Origin: Trypanosoma brucei
Lineage: Eukaryota
Reading direction: 5' to 3'
Length of the DNA: 64,000 nt
Assembly (NCBI GenBank): GCA_000002445.1
Contig: CP000070.1
Span: forward strand, 1,408,001-1,472,000
Made by a program: the position numbers and the translations under genes. Shown here piece by piece: positions 51,902-62,187 of this stretch (its first letter is position 1; every line of letters starts with the position of its first letter). The notes beneath the pieces are model-generated. The model ran no database searches and was not told the origin of the DNA. It was given only the letters and a program-made list of their open reading frames with translations.

Positions 51902-54622
51902 ATGTCTGCCTCTCGATCTCCCTCTGGCAGTGGGAGTTTGTATCCCGCTGGCACCATGTCAACGGGATGTTCCCTGCCTTCATTGACGTGTCCCCCGAAA
52001 CTTGGTGTGGGCAAGGTTGAGGGCAGTAGCGACACTGTTTCCATGGAGCGCTCGCAAGCTGGCAGCCAGTGGGCCGGCGGGACACATGCTGAAGAAGTGT
52101 GGGCATGCAAAAATGCTGCTTACACCAGGGCAATGAAATATTCCAAAGGATTGGTTGCGGACGTGGTGGATAGTTCGGTAGAATTCCTGCCACGCCGTCT
52201 CATGAGGAGTTCTGTGAACCACAGTATAAAGGACAGGAAATCGTCTTTCAGTGTCATGGCTGATGTTGGGCGCGACACGCAACAGCAATCTTTGGCTGCC
52301 ACAAGCTGCAAAGGTACTTCATCCACTCCCATGAGTGAAGCCACATTCCCATTCCTTGACGGTGGGAAGGTACAACCAACGGATCCAGGGCACCTAAAAG
52401 CTGGAATTACGTACGATCCGCAGTCGTATGGATCGCTTTTACCCACGACGCTGAAGGTACGATCCGTTGAGGAAGCTGTGAGTGGCCCTCTAATGGGGGT
52501 TGCGGCTAACGAAATGTTTGCAAACCGAGATGCTAAACAGATGTTGAGGGGTATTCTCCAGCCGGTACAGAAGACTTCGCAATTTTCACAGTACTTTGAT
52601 CGACAACAGTTTGAGGGTAAAATGAGGCAGTTGGAGGAAAGCGCGCGACACTTCAGCAAATGTCTTGCTCAGCGTGTGTCTTCCAGTACCGGTGGTGGTG
52701 GTGTGATGATTGTCGTAAACGATTCTGATGATGGGAGCTCCGACGACGGTGGTTTGATGGGTGACGGTGTGAGACGCAGAGCTCGAAAGCCCGCCAAAAT
52801 GGTAGACGAAGCGCGAGTAGCTGGCGACGCTGAATCTAATGCCCGGAAACAGCGACTTAACGCACTTCGTTGCACTCCACAGAATCTTTGTAGCTCGGTG
52901 GCGTTGCGTGATGCGTTGAAGAAAAGCAGGATTACGGTGAAGAAAGCACGATGCAGTGCTGTTAATGTAGCAAGACACAGCTCTGATCTACTGGAGCTTC
53001 TGCGGAGGAGAGGATCGAGGAGCACTGGTCCCCAGGAAGCGATGGTTGTTTTGCCCAACGAAGAGGTTTCATGGGACACGGGATCTGTTTCACCGAATAA
53101 GTGTACCCAAGCCTCATTTGCGTCGATACCGGATTCTGCATGTGGTAATGAGGGTCACCGCACCAAGGTTGTTACAGACCAGCGCGCTGTAACAATGCTG
53201 GAGTCGTTTTTGCGCAGCGGCAAGGGATTGACGACTCATGGTATTTTACCTGCAACACTGTATGGCAATCACTGTGGCCCCAATGGCGGCCAGTTGATCT
53301 CTGCACCAGAATCTTCGCGGTTACCATCAATGCTAGATACTGCTTTCAGTGATGTTTTCTCCACTGGTGCATTATCACCAAGTGGGCAGCAGCTAGCGGC
53401 ATCAGCAGAGTGCTTGCAACAGCAGAGGAAAAGTGTCCACCGTACGAAACCAGCCCGCCGTGTGATTCCTGTTGGTTACGGGATGAGTGCTCGTGCCCGT
53501 CAAAACTACGAGGCGATGGTGGAGAACTGGGAGGTGAGTGAGATCGAGCAAGAGCTTCGGAACGGGGAAGCATTATGCCACGCCCGCCGTCGGCTGCTGA
53601 AGCTCGTGTCTGAGCGCAAACGGTTGTTAAACGCGTCGCTCGCGCACTTCCACCATAACCCGCAGCAAGCCGTATCGCTGCAGCGGCGTGAGATATTCCG
53701 GATGGTTGTCGAGGTTGATGCCGAGGACCGTAAGCAGGCGTGTTTTTCATTTGTTGATTTGCTTGAACAGTGCTGCCGGAACACTCTGGATGATGCCGCA
53801 TGGTCTGTTGTTTCCGGCGCCTTGAAGTCTAGCCGCGATCTTATCCAACTCTCTCCACTACGGTGCAACCCGCAGAATTTCATTTCCATTCTGAACGACT
53901 GTCTGTCATTGCAGCATATCCGGGATCAGCGCGTTCAAGATGCTCTACAGTGGTTAGCAAAACTCTTTGGTGTATCGCAAGGGCAATTCAAGTCTGCACT
54001 ACAATCATTGCACCACAACCTCAACAAGCCACGCGATTACGAGGCACGGTTCCATGAAATTGACAGCCGCGTGTGTGGGATAGCAGCGTCCACTGAGAGA
54101 CGTGTTCGTATTAAACTGCGCCGTTGCAACTTTCAGCTTCCCCGTCCTGTGGGTGCTGGCAGCCAAATGAACCCCCTTGTCACCAGCAATGGTGATGGCG
54201 CTGTGGGCTGTGTGTTGGGTCCCAACACCTGTGTTGATCGTCCTGAAGTATCGCTCGTTTTTCAGCTGGGAAATGAAACTGCCGTCTCCTCAACACTCAG
54301 CGCTCATCGTAGCGGTACCGGAGGGAGTGGTGATGTGGTGTGTGAGATGGTTGATGACGCCCCGTGCTATGTGGTTGACTTCAATGACGAAATTGTGCAG
54401 CTGAAGCCTGTGGACACCAGTGTGGTACGCGTCTCTCTGTCCTGCAACGGCAACGTTCTTTGCAGTGGCTTCTTGCACCTGTCCAAGTGTACCTTCCACA
54501 GTAATCGTACCTTATCTGTCATTCTTCGTCTCGACAACAAAAGAATATTTGTGGCTGATCTGAGGATCAATGTGGAGCTTGTGTATGGAAGGGACCGCCG
54601 GGGGCGGGGTGGGAGAAGGTAG
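51902..54622 (+). CDS. hypothetical Ser-rich soluble protein, 906 aa; paralog B2
   Basis: Same length and frame as 45366..48086, with 4 aa differences. Confidence 0.6.
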   Translation: MSASRSPSGSGSLYPAGTMSTGCSLPSLTCPPKLGVGKVEGSSDTVSMERSQAGSQWAGGTHAEEVWACKNAAYTRAMKYSKGLVADVVDSSVEFLPRRLMRSSVNHSIKDRKSSFSVMADVGRDTQQQSLAATSCKGTSSTPMSEATFPFLDGGKVQPTDPGHLKAGITYDPQSYGSLLPTTLKVRSVEEAVSGPLMGVAANEMFANRDAKQMLRGILQPVQKTSQFSQYFDRQQFEGKMRQLEESARHFSKCLAQRVSSSTGGGGVMIVVNDSDDGSSDDGGLMGDGVRRRARKPAKMVDEARVAGDAESNARKQRLNALRCTPQNLCSSVALRDALKKSRITVKKARCSAVNVARHSSDLLELLRRRGSRSTGPQEAMVVLPNEEVSWDTGSVSPNKCTQASFASIPDSACGNEGHRTKVVTDQRAVTMLESFLRSGKGLTTHGILPATLYGNHCGPNGGQLISAPESSRLPSMLDTAFSDVFSTGALSPSGQQLAASAECLQQQRKSVHRTKPARRVIPVGYGMSARARQNYEAMVENWEVSEIEQELRNGEALCHARRRLLKLVSERKRLLNASLAHFHHNPQQAVSLQRREIFRMVVEVDAEDRKQACFSFVDLLEQCCRNTLDDAAWSVVSGALKSSRDLIQLSPLRCNPQNFISILNDCLSLQHIRDQRVQDALQWLAKLFGVSQGQFKSALQSLHHNLNKPRDYEARFHEIDSRVCGIAASTERRVRIKLRRCNFQLPRPVGAGSQMNPLVTSNGDGAVGCVLGPNTCVDRPEVSLVFQLGNETAVSSTLSAHRSGTGGSGDVVCEMVDDAPCYVVDFNDEIVQLKPVDTSVVRVSLSCNGNVLCSGFLHLSKCTFHSNRTLSVILRLDNKRIFVADLRINVELVYGRDRRGRGGRR

Positions 54623-55039
54623 GAACGGCTCGTGAGTCTGTGTGGCCTTTGCTCACATAAATGGTCACGGGATTAACGTTCGAATGTATGTGTATCTTTG
54701 TGCATATGTGCACTGTGCGTTTGCTGTAACATGAAACTGTCCTGGATATGATAATGTTTCTTCACGCTTGTGTTTTATTGGTTTGCGTAAACGGGAACCG
54801 TCACATGAGCAATGTTAGCCTTTCTTTTTTTCCTTTACTTGCTGTACATGTTATGGATGAGAGCCTTGTTTGTTCTGCTCTTTATCCTTCCCTCTCTCAT
54901 ACACACACTTTCACCGTTTCTTTTCCATTATTTTATAACTGATTGATGGTCATTAGAGGTCGAGTGTGCTTCACTGCTGAGGTAGCGGTAAGGGGCGCGC
55001 AAAAACCCACACGTTTGTGTGGTGTCATTGAGGCTGGTA

Positions 55040-58000
55040 ATGGAAGGTCGTTTACTCTCCAGTATTTTTCCGTATTCTGTATGTTTTCCTAACAGGTTGT
55101 CATACCGTAGATATCTATGTGGATTACGGTTTATCAAGTTTCTTACGTTTTTTCCTGGCAATACTCGTGCGAATGGTTATTGCGATAATCTTTTTTTGGG
55201 TTTTAACCTTTATTGTCAACGTAACGTTTCTGGAAGGGCATATAACGGGCGCAATATCGATATCCCTAGTCCCCCGGCACCTCTAACTCTGAATTCGTTG
55301 GTATCTTACGTGACGGAATTGCGTTTGTTACACAGATCATGTGGCGTATCGGTGTCAGCTTCTCGCGTTCGATTCCAAGCACGTGAGTTTCTTACTCGTG
55401 GTATTGCGAAAGATCTCTTTTGCTCTGATACCGACAAGGGGAGTACTGCATTGTGCAATGGTGGAATGAATGAGGAGTGCGCCACGGCATTACTTTTGAC
55501 GTGTGGATATTTTGAGTTGTCTATCTTTGAGTGCGGTTGCGGTTATGAATGTGTGGAACTGCTTTCCTCCCTTTGGAGTAGTCGTCTTGTTTCGTCACTT
55601 TCACCTCCATGCAGTTGTGCAGCTGCAGGCGATGCCGGCCGTTTGACTCTTTCAGTTCTTGGTATGCTTACGAGCGGTGGTGTGCGAACTTCTGCGGAAA
55701 ATCGTGATAAATTACTACAGTTTCTGTGTAAAATATTGTTACCTGTTACGTTGCGTCTCGTTCAAGAAGAGTCGCTTTTTGTGACTTTCACTACCGACGC
55801 AGAAAGGGCAATGACCAACGATGGGGGAGCTGCCTTTTCGACATTAATTTCGGCCCTAACTAAAGCTGCTGTGGCGGGGTGGATTTGTGGCGATCGTTCA
55901 TCAGGCAGTGGCAGGGTTGCTTTCGGGGTGCCATCTTTGCCACAGGCGTTCTCCCGGAAGCGAGAGGTCTCGGGCCCATTATTTCACACATTAGCGCAGG
56001 GAGATGCCATCGACTGTAGCCGCCTGGCTTCGGTGATGCAGATGTATGCTGGATGCTTAGTAAACGATCATCTGAAAGGGTCTGCTTCACAAGTATTACG
56101 TTTTTTTACGCTTACACAGTGTGTTCCGCAGTTAGTTGCACTGGCAGACCATTACCAAGAGGGCGATAGGCGCGTAAGTTTGGTTGCGTCGCTTGTGCGG
56201 TCTGTAACTGCTGTCCTCCTGGCGTCTTTGGATGTTAAGGGCACAAACGTCTCCCACCTAGTCGCAAGCATTGCCTGTTCCTACGCGCGTATTTTGACAT
56301 TCCCCTCAGAAGAGAAAGCTGCGACTACCGCAACATCATATGGTATTACGAAAGCGAAGGAGCCACAAAAACCGTCGTGGACACTTTTCAGGGACGTCAC
56401 AATTGGCGTAAGAAATAATATGCTCTACGGAAATGAGGTGCTTTCGCCGGCTGTTGTACTGCTCCATTTGTGTGAACGTGTGACACCCTTTGCACACAAG
56501 TATTTGTTTTCGGATTTGGCAGCATTACTTAATGCCCTGGGAAAGATATATAGAGTGGCGGTAGTGCACTTCAACCGGCGCGCAACCACTTCCAAAAAAA
56601 TTACTGAAAAGGCTCACTGTGATGAAGGTAATTGCGGTTCACGAGAAACTTGGAAAGTATCTAGCAAGACGTTCACTCACTCGCGTTTCGAGCGTCGCGG
56701 ATCTGCCACGTGTGTCCAACAAGCTCATCTTTCCCCCACCCACGGGGCAATGGTTAGTGAAAGCACAGAATCTCCTCAGGTGGGATTGACTTCACCATAT
56801 TCACTCGCTCTTCCCTTTGCTGTTAATGCCGAGGACATCGCCGAGATCGAGGGCGAGTTAGAAGTGCTGCTAACTTCTGTTGTAACTGTAATGGAAAGAC
56901 ACATGCCATCTACTCGGAACGGACGACCAGTTTTTGTGTCGCGGGCAAACTTTACAACGGATGATTCAGTATGTGCTGAAGAGTGTGTGGATATGAGCCG
57001 CAAGGGATGTGCTACCGATGGGCGAAAGCACTACGCGGAGGATACTAGTGGACTACAGTCTGTGCCCACAGCCCGTGCAAAGGAACTTGGTGGCAGAAGC
57101 CGTCTGCTAAAGAAGTCGGTTGCTGGTAAAGAGCTGGTGTTGATTGCCGAAGGTCTCCACACCCTTGGCTGGAGGTCTTTTGTTGCATTTCAGGATCGTT
57201 TACTGATGTCACTCTCGTCACAGTTGGGGCAAGAGGTGCTTAGTGGAAGACAGTACGCGTCTCTTGTTTGTCTTTTGCTTCGTGCACCTCCTGTATTAGC
57301 CTCCGTCGTTTTTCACGCAGTGGAGGATCGGCTTAAGCGACTTATTCATTCAGACGCAGTTACAATCACGGAGGAATTTAACACTGAAGAATCCAAAGAA
57401 AGTCAGGGGGTTTCTCAAGTGGTGGTTGCCCTCCCGCATGCACGTGCCATTCAGGATGAGTCAATTTCTTTGTGCGAGGCGTGTGCCGTTATCTTCGGTT
57501 TCGCGTCAAAAATGGGGAAAAATGCCCTCTCTCTGCTGAATGACCTTTTCATCCGCTGCGGAAATCGTGTGCTTGTGGAAGTACCTTTGTCGAATAGCCG
57601 CCTTGATGAAAATGTTGAGGGCGCCTTAACGATGTTTGTGGCGAGCTCCACATGGGTTCTTGCCAACTCTTTGGCGGGACGGTCAGGGTCGCAGCACTCC
57701 GGCAAGGAAAAATCAGTAATATCCTTCATTAAACGAGCTCGTGATCATGCAGCACATGCCTTATGTGTTTCCTTATTTATGGGAAATACTGTTGGCAACC
57801 CACTATCGCTGATTTCAGTGGAAGCAGTTGCAAATGCCTGTATGATGTTGGAGTGCTGTGGCAGCAGATCCGACAAGAATATAGAACAAATTCATGGTCA
57901 CTTGAAACGTGCGTATGCTTTTTTGGTCTCGCAGTGCGACAGTCGCGAACTTGCGCAACTACTGGAAGGCTTCGTAGGACGCAAACAACTGGTTGGGCCA

Positions 58001-61000
58001 CGCAGTCCCCAAGACGAGAGCGATGTTGGAGTGGCACTACAACTTCCGCGCTGGATGATATCCTCAATGAATCTTTCACAGCGCTTTGCTAAGGAAGACC
58101 GTCTTCTCTCGGTGATGTTTTTCCCGTTCCTCAGAGTAAATGACAAATGTGATTCCCACGAAGCCCTCTGTGACACAAGGAGGAAATGTTTATACTCCGT
58201 TACTGATGTTGAACGTGTTTTACTTATTACTCAGCGTTACTGCCGGAATTTCGGGACGCTTGTTGTTGTTCTGCGGTTACTTCACACAACGGACCCATCA
58301 ATTCTTCGGCAGGGTAACGTTGTTGATCTGGTGCTGCGGAAGGTTGCCCAAGTTATGCGCCGTACTTGCAAACCACTTGATCTCTTCGCCTTCTTCGCGA
58401 TGTATGGTGATTTTGAAAGTGTCGTGTCAGTCGCTCTGCGAGAACTTGGGCCTGAAGCTAGGTGCTTCGCAAGTGTAAAAAGAAACAGGGACAGTACCGA
58501 TAGGGAGGTGGCCACCGCAACCACATCAAAGGGCATGTTACATGGGAGCAGTGAGTTGGCCGAATTTCTGCCAATGGGTCAGATAACAGCCGCTGTAAGT
58601 GCAGTGAACCGGTTGCAGTTGCGGTCACTACGGCAAAATTGGTTAGCGACCACTGGTCCACTTATCGTCGCCGCAGCCAAGGTTTCTCGCGAGCCACTGG
58701 AAGTTGTGCTGGACCTGGCAGAGTTAGTAAAAGGAGATGATCCCAAACTTCTTTACGACCTTCTTACGTGCTCCTCAGCTATGTGTGCCATTGATGAAAC
58801 GTGCAACTTTACAACTGATATCAGCACGTTGTTACGACTGCTGCTGCTTCTCCAAGGTGGGAATTTATCGAACCCAACGGTTCGCCGACTGCACATCGCC
58901 TCCCGCAAGTTGCTTTTTAGGCCGGCTGAGTTATATGTGCCGTCCCTAATGCAGTTGGCGCAGGTCGCCATCCTTCCCTCTGTCAAAGGAACGGCGCTTG
59001 GGCGGCAGATTAGGCGCATTTTCTATTTTCGTGTGGGAAGGTTGCTGTTTGGCAAGCAGCAATCTCCCTGGAGAAGCCTTGCAGATAGTGGTGGGGAAGT
59101 GAATCGTGGTGTGAACTCAGATAAATCGCGAGAAACTGAAGTCGACCATGAAAAGGGTGGTTGGACCGAATCACTCACAGAACTGGCACTGGAACATTGG
59201 CTGGTGCTATTACGGTACTCATCCGTAGGCAAACCCTCTTCGTATCGTTTAGCTGTGGAGTTGAGACAGAGGGAAGAAGCTGACGAAACGAGAAGGAGGA
59301 AATCCAAAGTTTCGTCTCAAGTTGCGTCAGAGACAGTGCTAGTGTGTACTGATGATCAGGTTACTTGTTCTGATGACGGGCAGACGGCTAACGGTGGGGT
59401 TGGGTGCGGCGCCGCGGCAGGCAGGGTCGACAAGCGCTTTGAGGGCATCGATATGTTTCACGCGTTTTCAGATCGTTTGGTTATGCAGCTGCGGCAGTCG
59501 CTGGGTGCCTCAAAGTTCATAGCATTTGTGGGTGAAATGGTGTTGCATGCAGCTAATGCGGCTCCGTACACCTCTCCTCTTGAGTGCGATGGGGAAGCTT
59601 TATGTGAAGAGAGGTTGATATATGAGGGGACGGCGCCTCTACTTTTAGACGCACGTGTGCGTAGATTTGTTCGCCTAGCCACCCTCATTGTGGAGGAGAT
59701 GTCTAGTGATCTCGGTTCCTTCTTAGGGAATGAGCAGCATCTGGACCGACAGTGCGTAGACAAGCAAGATAGCGAATTAGTGAAGAAGTCCATTGGTTTG
59801 GATCTCGGTGCTGTTCTGAAATTCCTTGTCCTGCTTGATACGTTTGATCCTCTTCAGTATGAGAAACGGGTTCTGGAGCGGTGGGAACGTAGGGACGTGC
59901 AAACACAGTCAGTTGAACTCTCTGATGTTTTTGCCGATGCCAATGGTCTCCCTCTGCGACACTTGTACCGTATAGTTCAGCAGCTACCTGATTATTGGTG
60001 CAATACGATGGGATGTAGTTCCTGCAGTTTCGGAGGGATAGTAGGCATTCACCCCACAAACATTTCCACCGTTTTTGAGTACTGCATGCCACCCGAAGGA
60101 GTAAATGTAAACGGCGACTGCTGCATCTTCCCCGTCACTGCAACCACGGACCGCGAAGCACCAACATGCTGCCACTCAGCAGGTATCTTTGGTAGTGATA
60201 GGCCACTTGTAACTGACGTTTGGGTTCCACTTTCTAAGGCAAGGCAGCAACAGCAATTAGTGAACTGCCTTGTAAAGGAGAAGCTGCTTGATGTGACGAT
60301 GCGCTGCTTTTTTCGTGAGGGTGAATCACCAGCTGTGACAAGAGCACGATTGGGACTGCTTGGTCCCCGTGACTTGACGTGTGTTTTGCGGACAATTCTT
60401 GCAAAGCGAGATACCACCAATGGCGATGCTGGGGAAGCTTCGGAGAGGACAAGCGTTACCACAATACTTGAACTACTCACAGATATGCTACCAAGCACGG
60501 CAGCAGAAGACCTGCACAATGTTGTGGTGGCGCTTACCCCGCTTTTGTCCAGGTCAGAATTCTCTGATCACCCGAAATTGTCGACAGATGCTTGTGCGAG
60601 CGAGTCCTGTGAAGCGGGGGTGGGGTTGAAGCGCTTCCTCGCACACGTCGCCGTGGTTATGGGTAACGATGCGGAGCGTTTTTCCGTACCTGTGCTTTTG
60701 GATATGATTGAACACTTGCATGTTCCACATCGGCTCATTTCGCCGGCAGCGGCTGCAATTATCTTGAGTTACCTAGTACCACTAGGAAATGAGACTGAGG
60801 GAACCCAACGGGCGGGGGAAGGCTCATTGGATGACGAAATTGATGTTGGTGCTCCCTCGATGCATAATGGTGCAGGAGCTACAGTGGAAATAGGGAACAC
60901 TTTTGATGCGATAGTAAGCCTCCTTCAAAGTATTGTTAACACAGCGCCGGAAAGTCCGATAGCTTCGGTGCCGCGTACCGGAGATGTGTATCACAAATGC

Positions 61001-61006
61001 AGTTGA
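55040..61006 (+). CDS. very large hypothetical protein (up to 1988 aa from first ATG; true start probably further downstream, e.g. ATG 55466)
   Basis: Track ORF 55019 starts at GTG inside the right edge of duplication copy 2. The first ATG is at 55040. The first about 140 codons contain polypyrimidine/UTR-like sequence (ttttttcctggcaatactcg...ctttttttgggttttaacctttattg), so translation more likely initiates at a later in-frame ATG such as 55466 (MNEECATALLL). The remainder is a continuous Leu/Ala/Ser-rich ORF with coding composition, ending at stop 61004-61006. No recognisable domain. Confidence 0.55.
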   Translation: MEGRLLSSIFPYSVCFPNRLSYRRYLCGLRFIKFLTFFPGNTRANGYCDNLFLGFNLYCQRNVSGRAYNGRNIDIPSPPAPLTLNSLVSYVTELRLLHRSCGVSVSASRVRFQAREFLTRGIAKDLFCSDTDKGSTALCNGGMNEECATALLLTCGYFELSIFECGCGYECVELLSSLWSSRLVSSLSPPCSCAAAGDAGRLTLSVLGMLTSGGVRTSAENRDKLLQFLCKILLPVTLRLVQEESLFVTFTTDAERAMTNDGGAAFSTLISALTKAAVAGWICGDRSSGSGRVAFGVPSLPQAFSRKREVSGPLFHTLAQGDAIDCSRLASVMQMYAGCLVNDHLKGSASQVLRFFTLTQCVPQLVALADHYQEGDRRVSLVASLVRSVTAVLLASLDVKGTNVSHLVASIACSYARILTFPSEEKAATTATSYGITKAKEPQKPSWTLFRDVTIGVRNNMLYGNEVLSPAVVLLHLCERVTPFAHKYLFSDLAALLNALGKIYRVAVVHFNRRATTSKKITEKAHCDEGNCGSRETWKVSSKTFTHSRFERRGSATCVQQAHLSPTHGAMVSESTESPQVGLTSPYSLALPFAVNAEDIAEIEGELEVLLTSVVTVMERHMPSTRNGRPVFVSRANFTTDDSVCAEECVDMSRKGCATDGRKHYAEDTSGLQSVPTARAKELGGRSRLLKKSVAGKELVLIAEGLHTLGWRSFVAFQDRLLMSLSSQLGQEVLSGRQYASLVCLLLRAPPVLASVVFHAVEDRLKRLIHSDAVTITEEFNTEESKESQGVSQVVVALPHARAIQDESISLCEACAVIFGFASKMGKNALSLLNDLFIRCGNRVLVEVPLSNSRLDENVEGALTMFVASSTWVLANSLAGRSGSQHSGKEKSVISFIKRARDHAAHALCVSLFMGNTVGNPLSLISVEAVANACMMLECCGSRSDKNIEQIHGHLKRAYAFLVSQCDSRELAQLLEGFVGRKQLVGPRSPQDESDVGVALQLPRWMISSMNLSQRFAKEDRLLSVMFFPFLRVNDKCDSHEALCDTRRKCLYSVTDVERVLLITQRYCRNFGTLVVVLRLLHTTDPSILRQGNVVDLVLRKVAQVMRRTCKPLDLFAFFAMYGDFESVVSVALRELGPEARCFASVKRNRDSTDREVATATTSKGMLHGSSELAEFLPMGQITAAVSAVNRLQLRSLRQNWLATTGPLIVAAAKVSREPLEVVLDLAELVKGDDPKLLYDLLTCSSAMCAIDETCNFTTDISTLLRLLLLLQGGNLSNPTVRRLHIASRKLLFRPAELYVPSLMQLAQVAILPSVKGTALGRQIRRIFYFRVGRLLFGKQQSPWRSLADSGGEVNRGVNSDKSRETEVDHEKGGWTESLTELALEHWLVLLRYSSVGKPSSYRLAVELRQREEADETRRRKSKVSSQVASETVLVCTDDQVTCSDDGQTANGGVGCGAAAGRVDKRFEGIDMFHAFSDRLVMQLRQSLGASKFIAFVGEMVLHAANAAPYTSPLECDGEALCEERLIYEGTAPLLLDARVRRFVRLATLIVEEMSSDLGSFLGNEQHLDRQCVDKQDSELVKKSIGLDLGAVLKFLVLLDTFDPLQYEKRVLERWERRDVQTQSVELSDVFADANGLPLRHLYRIVQQLPDYWCNTMGCSSCSFGGIVGIHPTNISTVFEYCMPPEGVNVNGDCCIFPVTATTDREAPTCCHSAGIFGSDRPLVTDVWVPLSKARQQQQLVNCLVKEKLLDVTMRCFFREGESPAVTRARLGLLGPRDLTCVLRTILAKRDTTNGDAGEASERTSVTTILELLTDMLPSTAAEDLHNVVVALTPLLSRSEFSDHPKLSTDACASESCEAGVGLKRFLAHVAVVMGNDAERFSVPVLLDMIEHLHVPHRLISPAAAAIILSYLVPLGNETEGTQRAGEGSLDDEIDVGAPSMHNGAGATVEIGNTFDAIVSLLQSIVNTAPESPIASVPRTGDVYHKCS

Positions 61007-61629
61007 ACAACTGTGATGGAGGTGGTTTATACCATGTACACACTGACAGCATTATCCTCAGTGACACAAACTACTTTTATTGTTTATGTATTACACCGGC
61101 TGCAATTGTATGAGGGAAAAAGAGGTTCGTGGGGTGGGGTGAGAATCCCTACTCTCGGCGGCTCTCACACGTGACACACTAACACTTAAGGTTGTTACAT
61201 AGTGGCGGAGGTTTCGGATACCTGATTACTCCAGTGGAGTATAAGTTATCGTTCCCAGCTTCACATGTGAAACGCCGCCTCGAAGGTAAATTGTATTGTG
61301 TGTATAGGGAGCGATGTGAGGTTGGTTTGGGAATTTTCAAGTTGCTTTTGCGTTTATTACTCTTTGAACGCTAAGGTGCGCTGTGGGAGGAGCAAACGCC
61401 GTGTTTTCTCCATTTCCAGTTTTCAACCTGATGCTGCAAAACATTCTCTTCACAAACTTCTTTCTTTCTTTTTGCCCCCCCCCCCCAACACAGACCGCTT
61501 GTGCTCGCAGGTGCACAAGGTAAATGTGTTCTGTGTGATTTGTACAAACTCGTGGAAGACCTGCACAGGTCGTCGTAAGTGAAAGAGGCCACTGTGCTGC
61601 AGTTAAAATAGTGAGTAAGGCAGAAGCCA

Positions 61630-61734
61630 TCTTACATATTTTTTTTTCTGTGCACCTTTTGCTGTTGGAGTGTTGCTTGTGTTCCTTTCCAATTCGTCGC
61701 TTATGCTTAAATGTACTCTGGTTTCTTTCAATAG
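61630..61734 (+). promoter_or_regulatory. candidate trans-splice acceptor region for the lipin gene
   Basis: tttttttttctgtgcaccttttgctgttggagtgttgcttgtgttcctttccaattcgtcgcttatgcttaaatgtactctggtttctttcaatag, with AG at 61733-34. Confidence 0.3.
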
Positions 61735-62187
61735 TCTTGTCTAAACTATTTAAAGTCTACCGTTTCGACGGTAACGTGTACTATATAAGTTTTAAAGGGG
61801 ATACATAGCGTACATATATATATATATATATATATATTGATACATTTGTATTCGGGTTGTAGGGAAAGGTAGCAGTAGGAAACCCTCTAGTGTTGCTTCC
61901 ACCGCCCACGTTCCTGATTTTACACTGTGGTGGTCGTAGTGCTTTAAGAGGAAGTGTGAACGAGTTTAAAGTAAATCAGCAACAAAAACCAAACTGCAAA
62001 ACGTTGGACACATCCTTCTGGGCCGCTGGTGCAATAGACGTACGCACCGTCAGGAAAAAAAAAAATAAAACATTGTCAGCAAAAACAAAGAAAGAAAATT
62101 GCCGCTACCTCTTGAAGCAACAGTTGTGAAGAGTGACCTCTGTTGCTGTGCATTTTTTGTATCAACTGTTGTTGACTTCGTGTGGCG

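Larger units (their letters stand above)
48793..55070 (+). repeat. segmental tandem duplication, copy 2 (A2 + B2); separated from copy 1 by about 257 bp of unique spacer (48536-48792)
   Basis: Same evidence as copy 1. There are a few SNPs and microsatellite length differences between copies, for example atatatatatatatatacatgtgtgtgcgtg vs atatatatacatacatatgtgtgcgtg. Confidence 0.85.
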
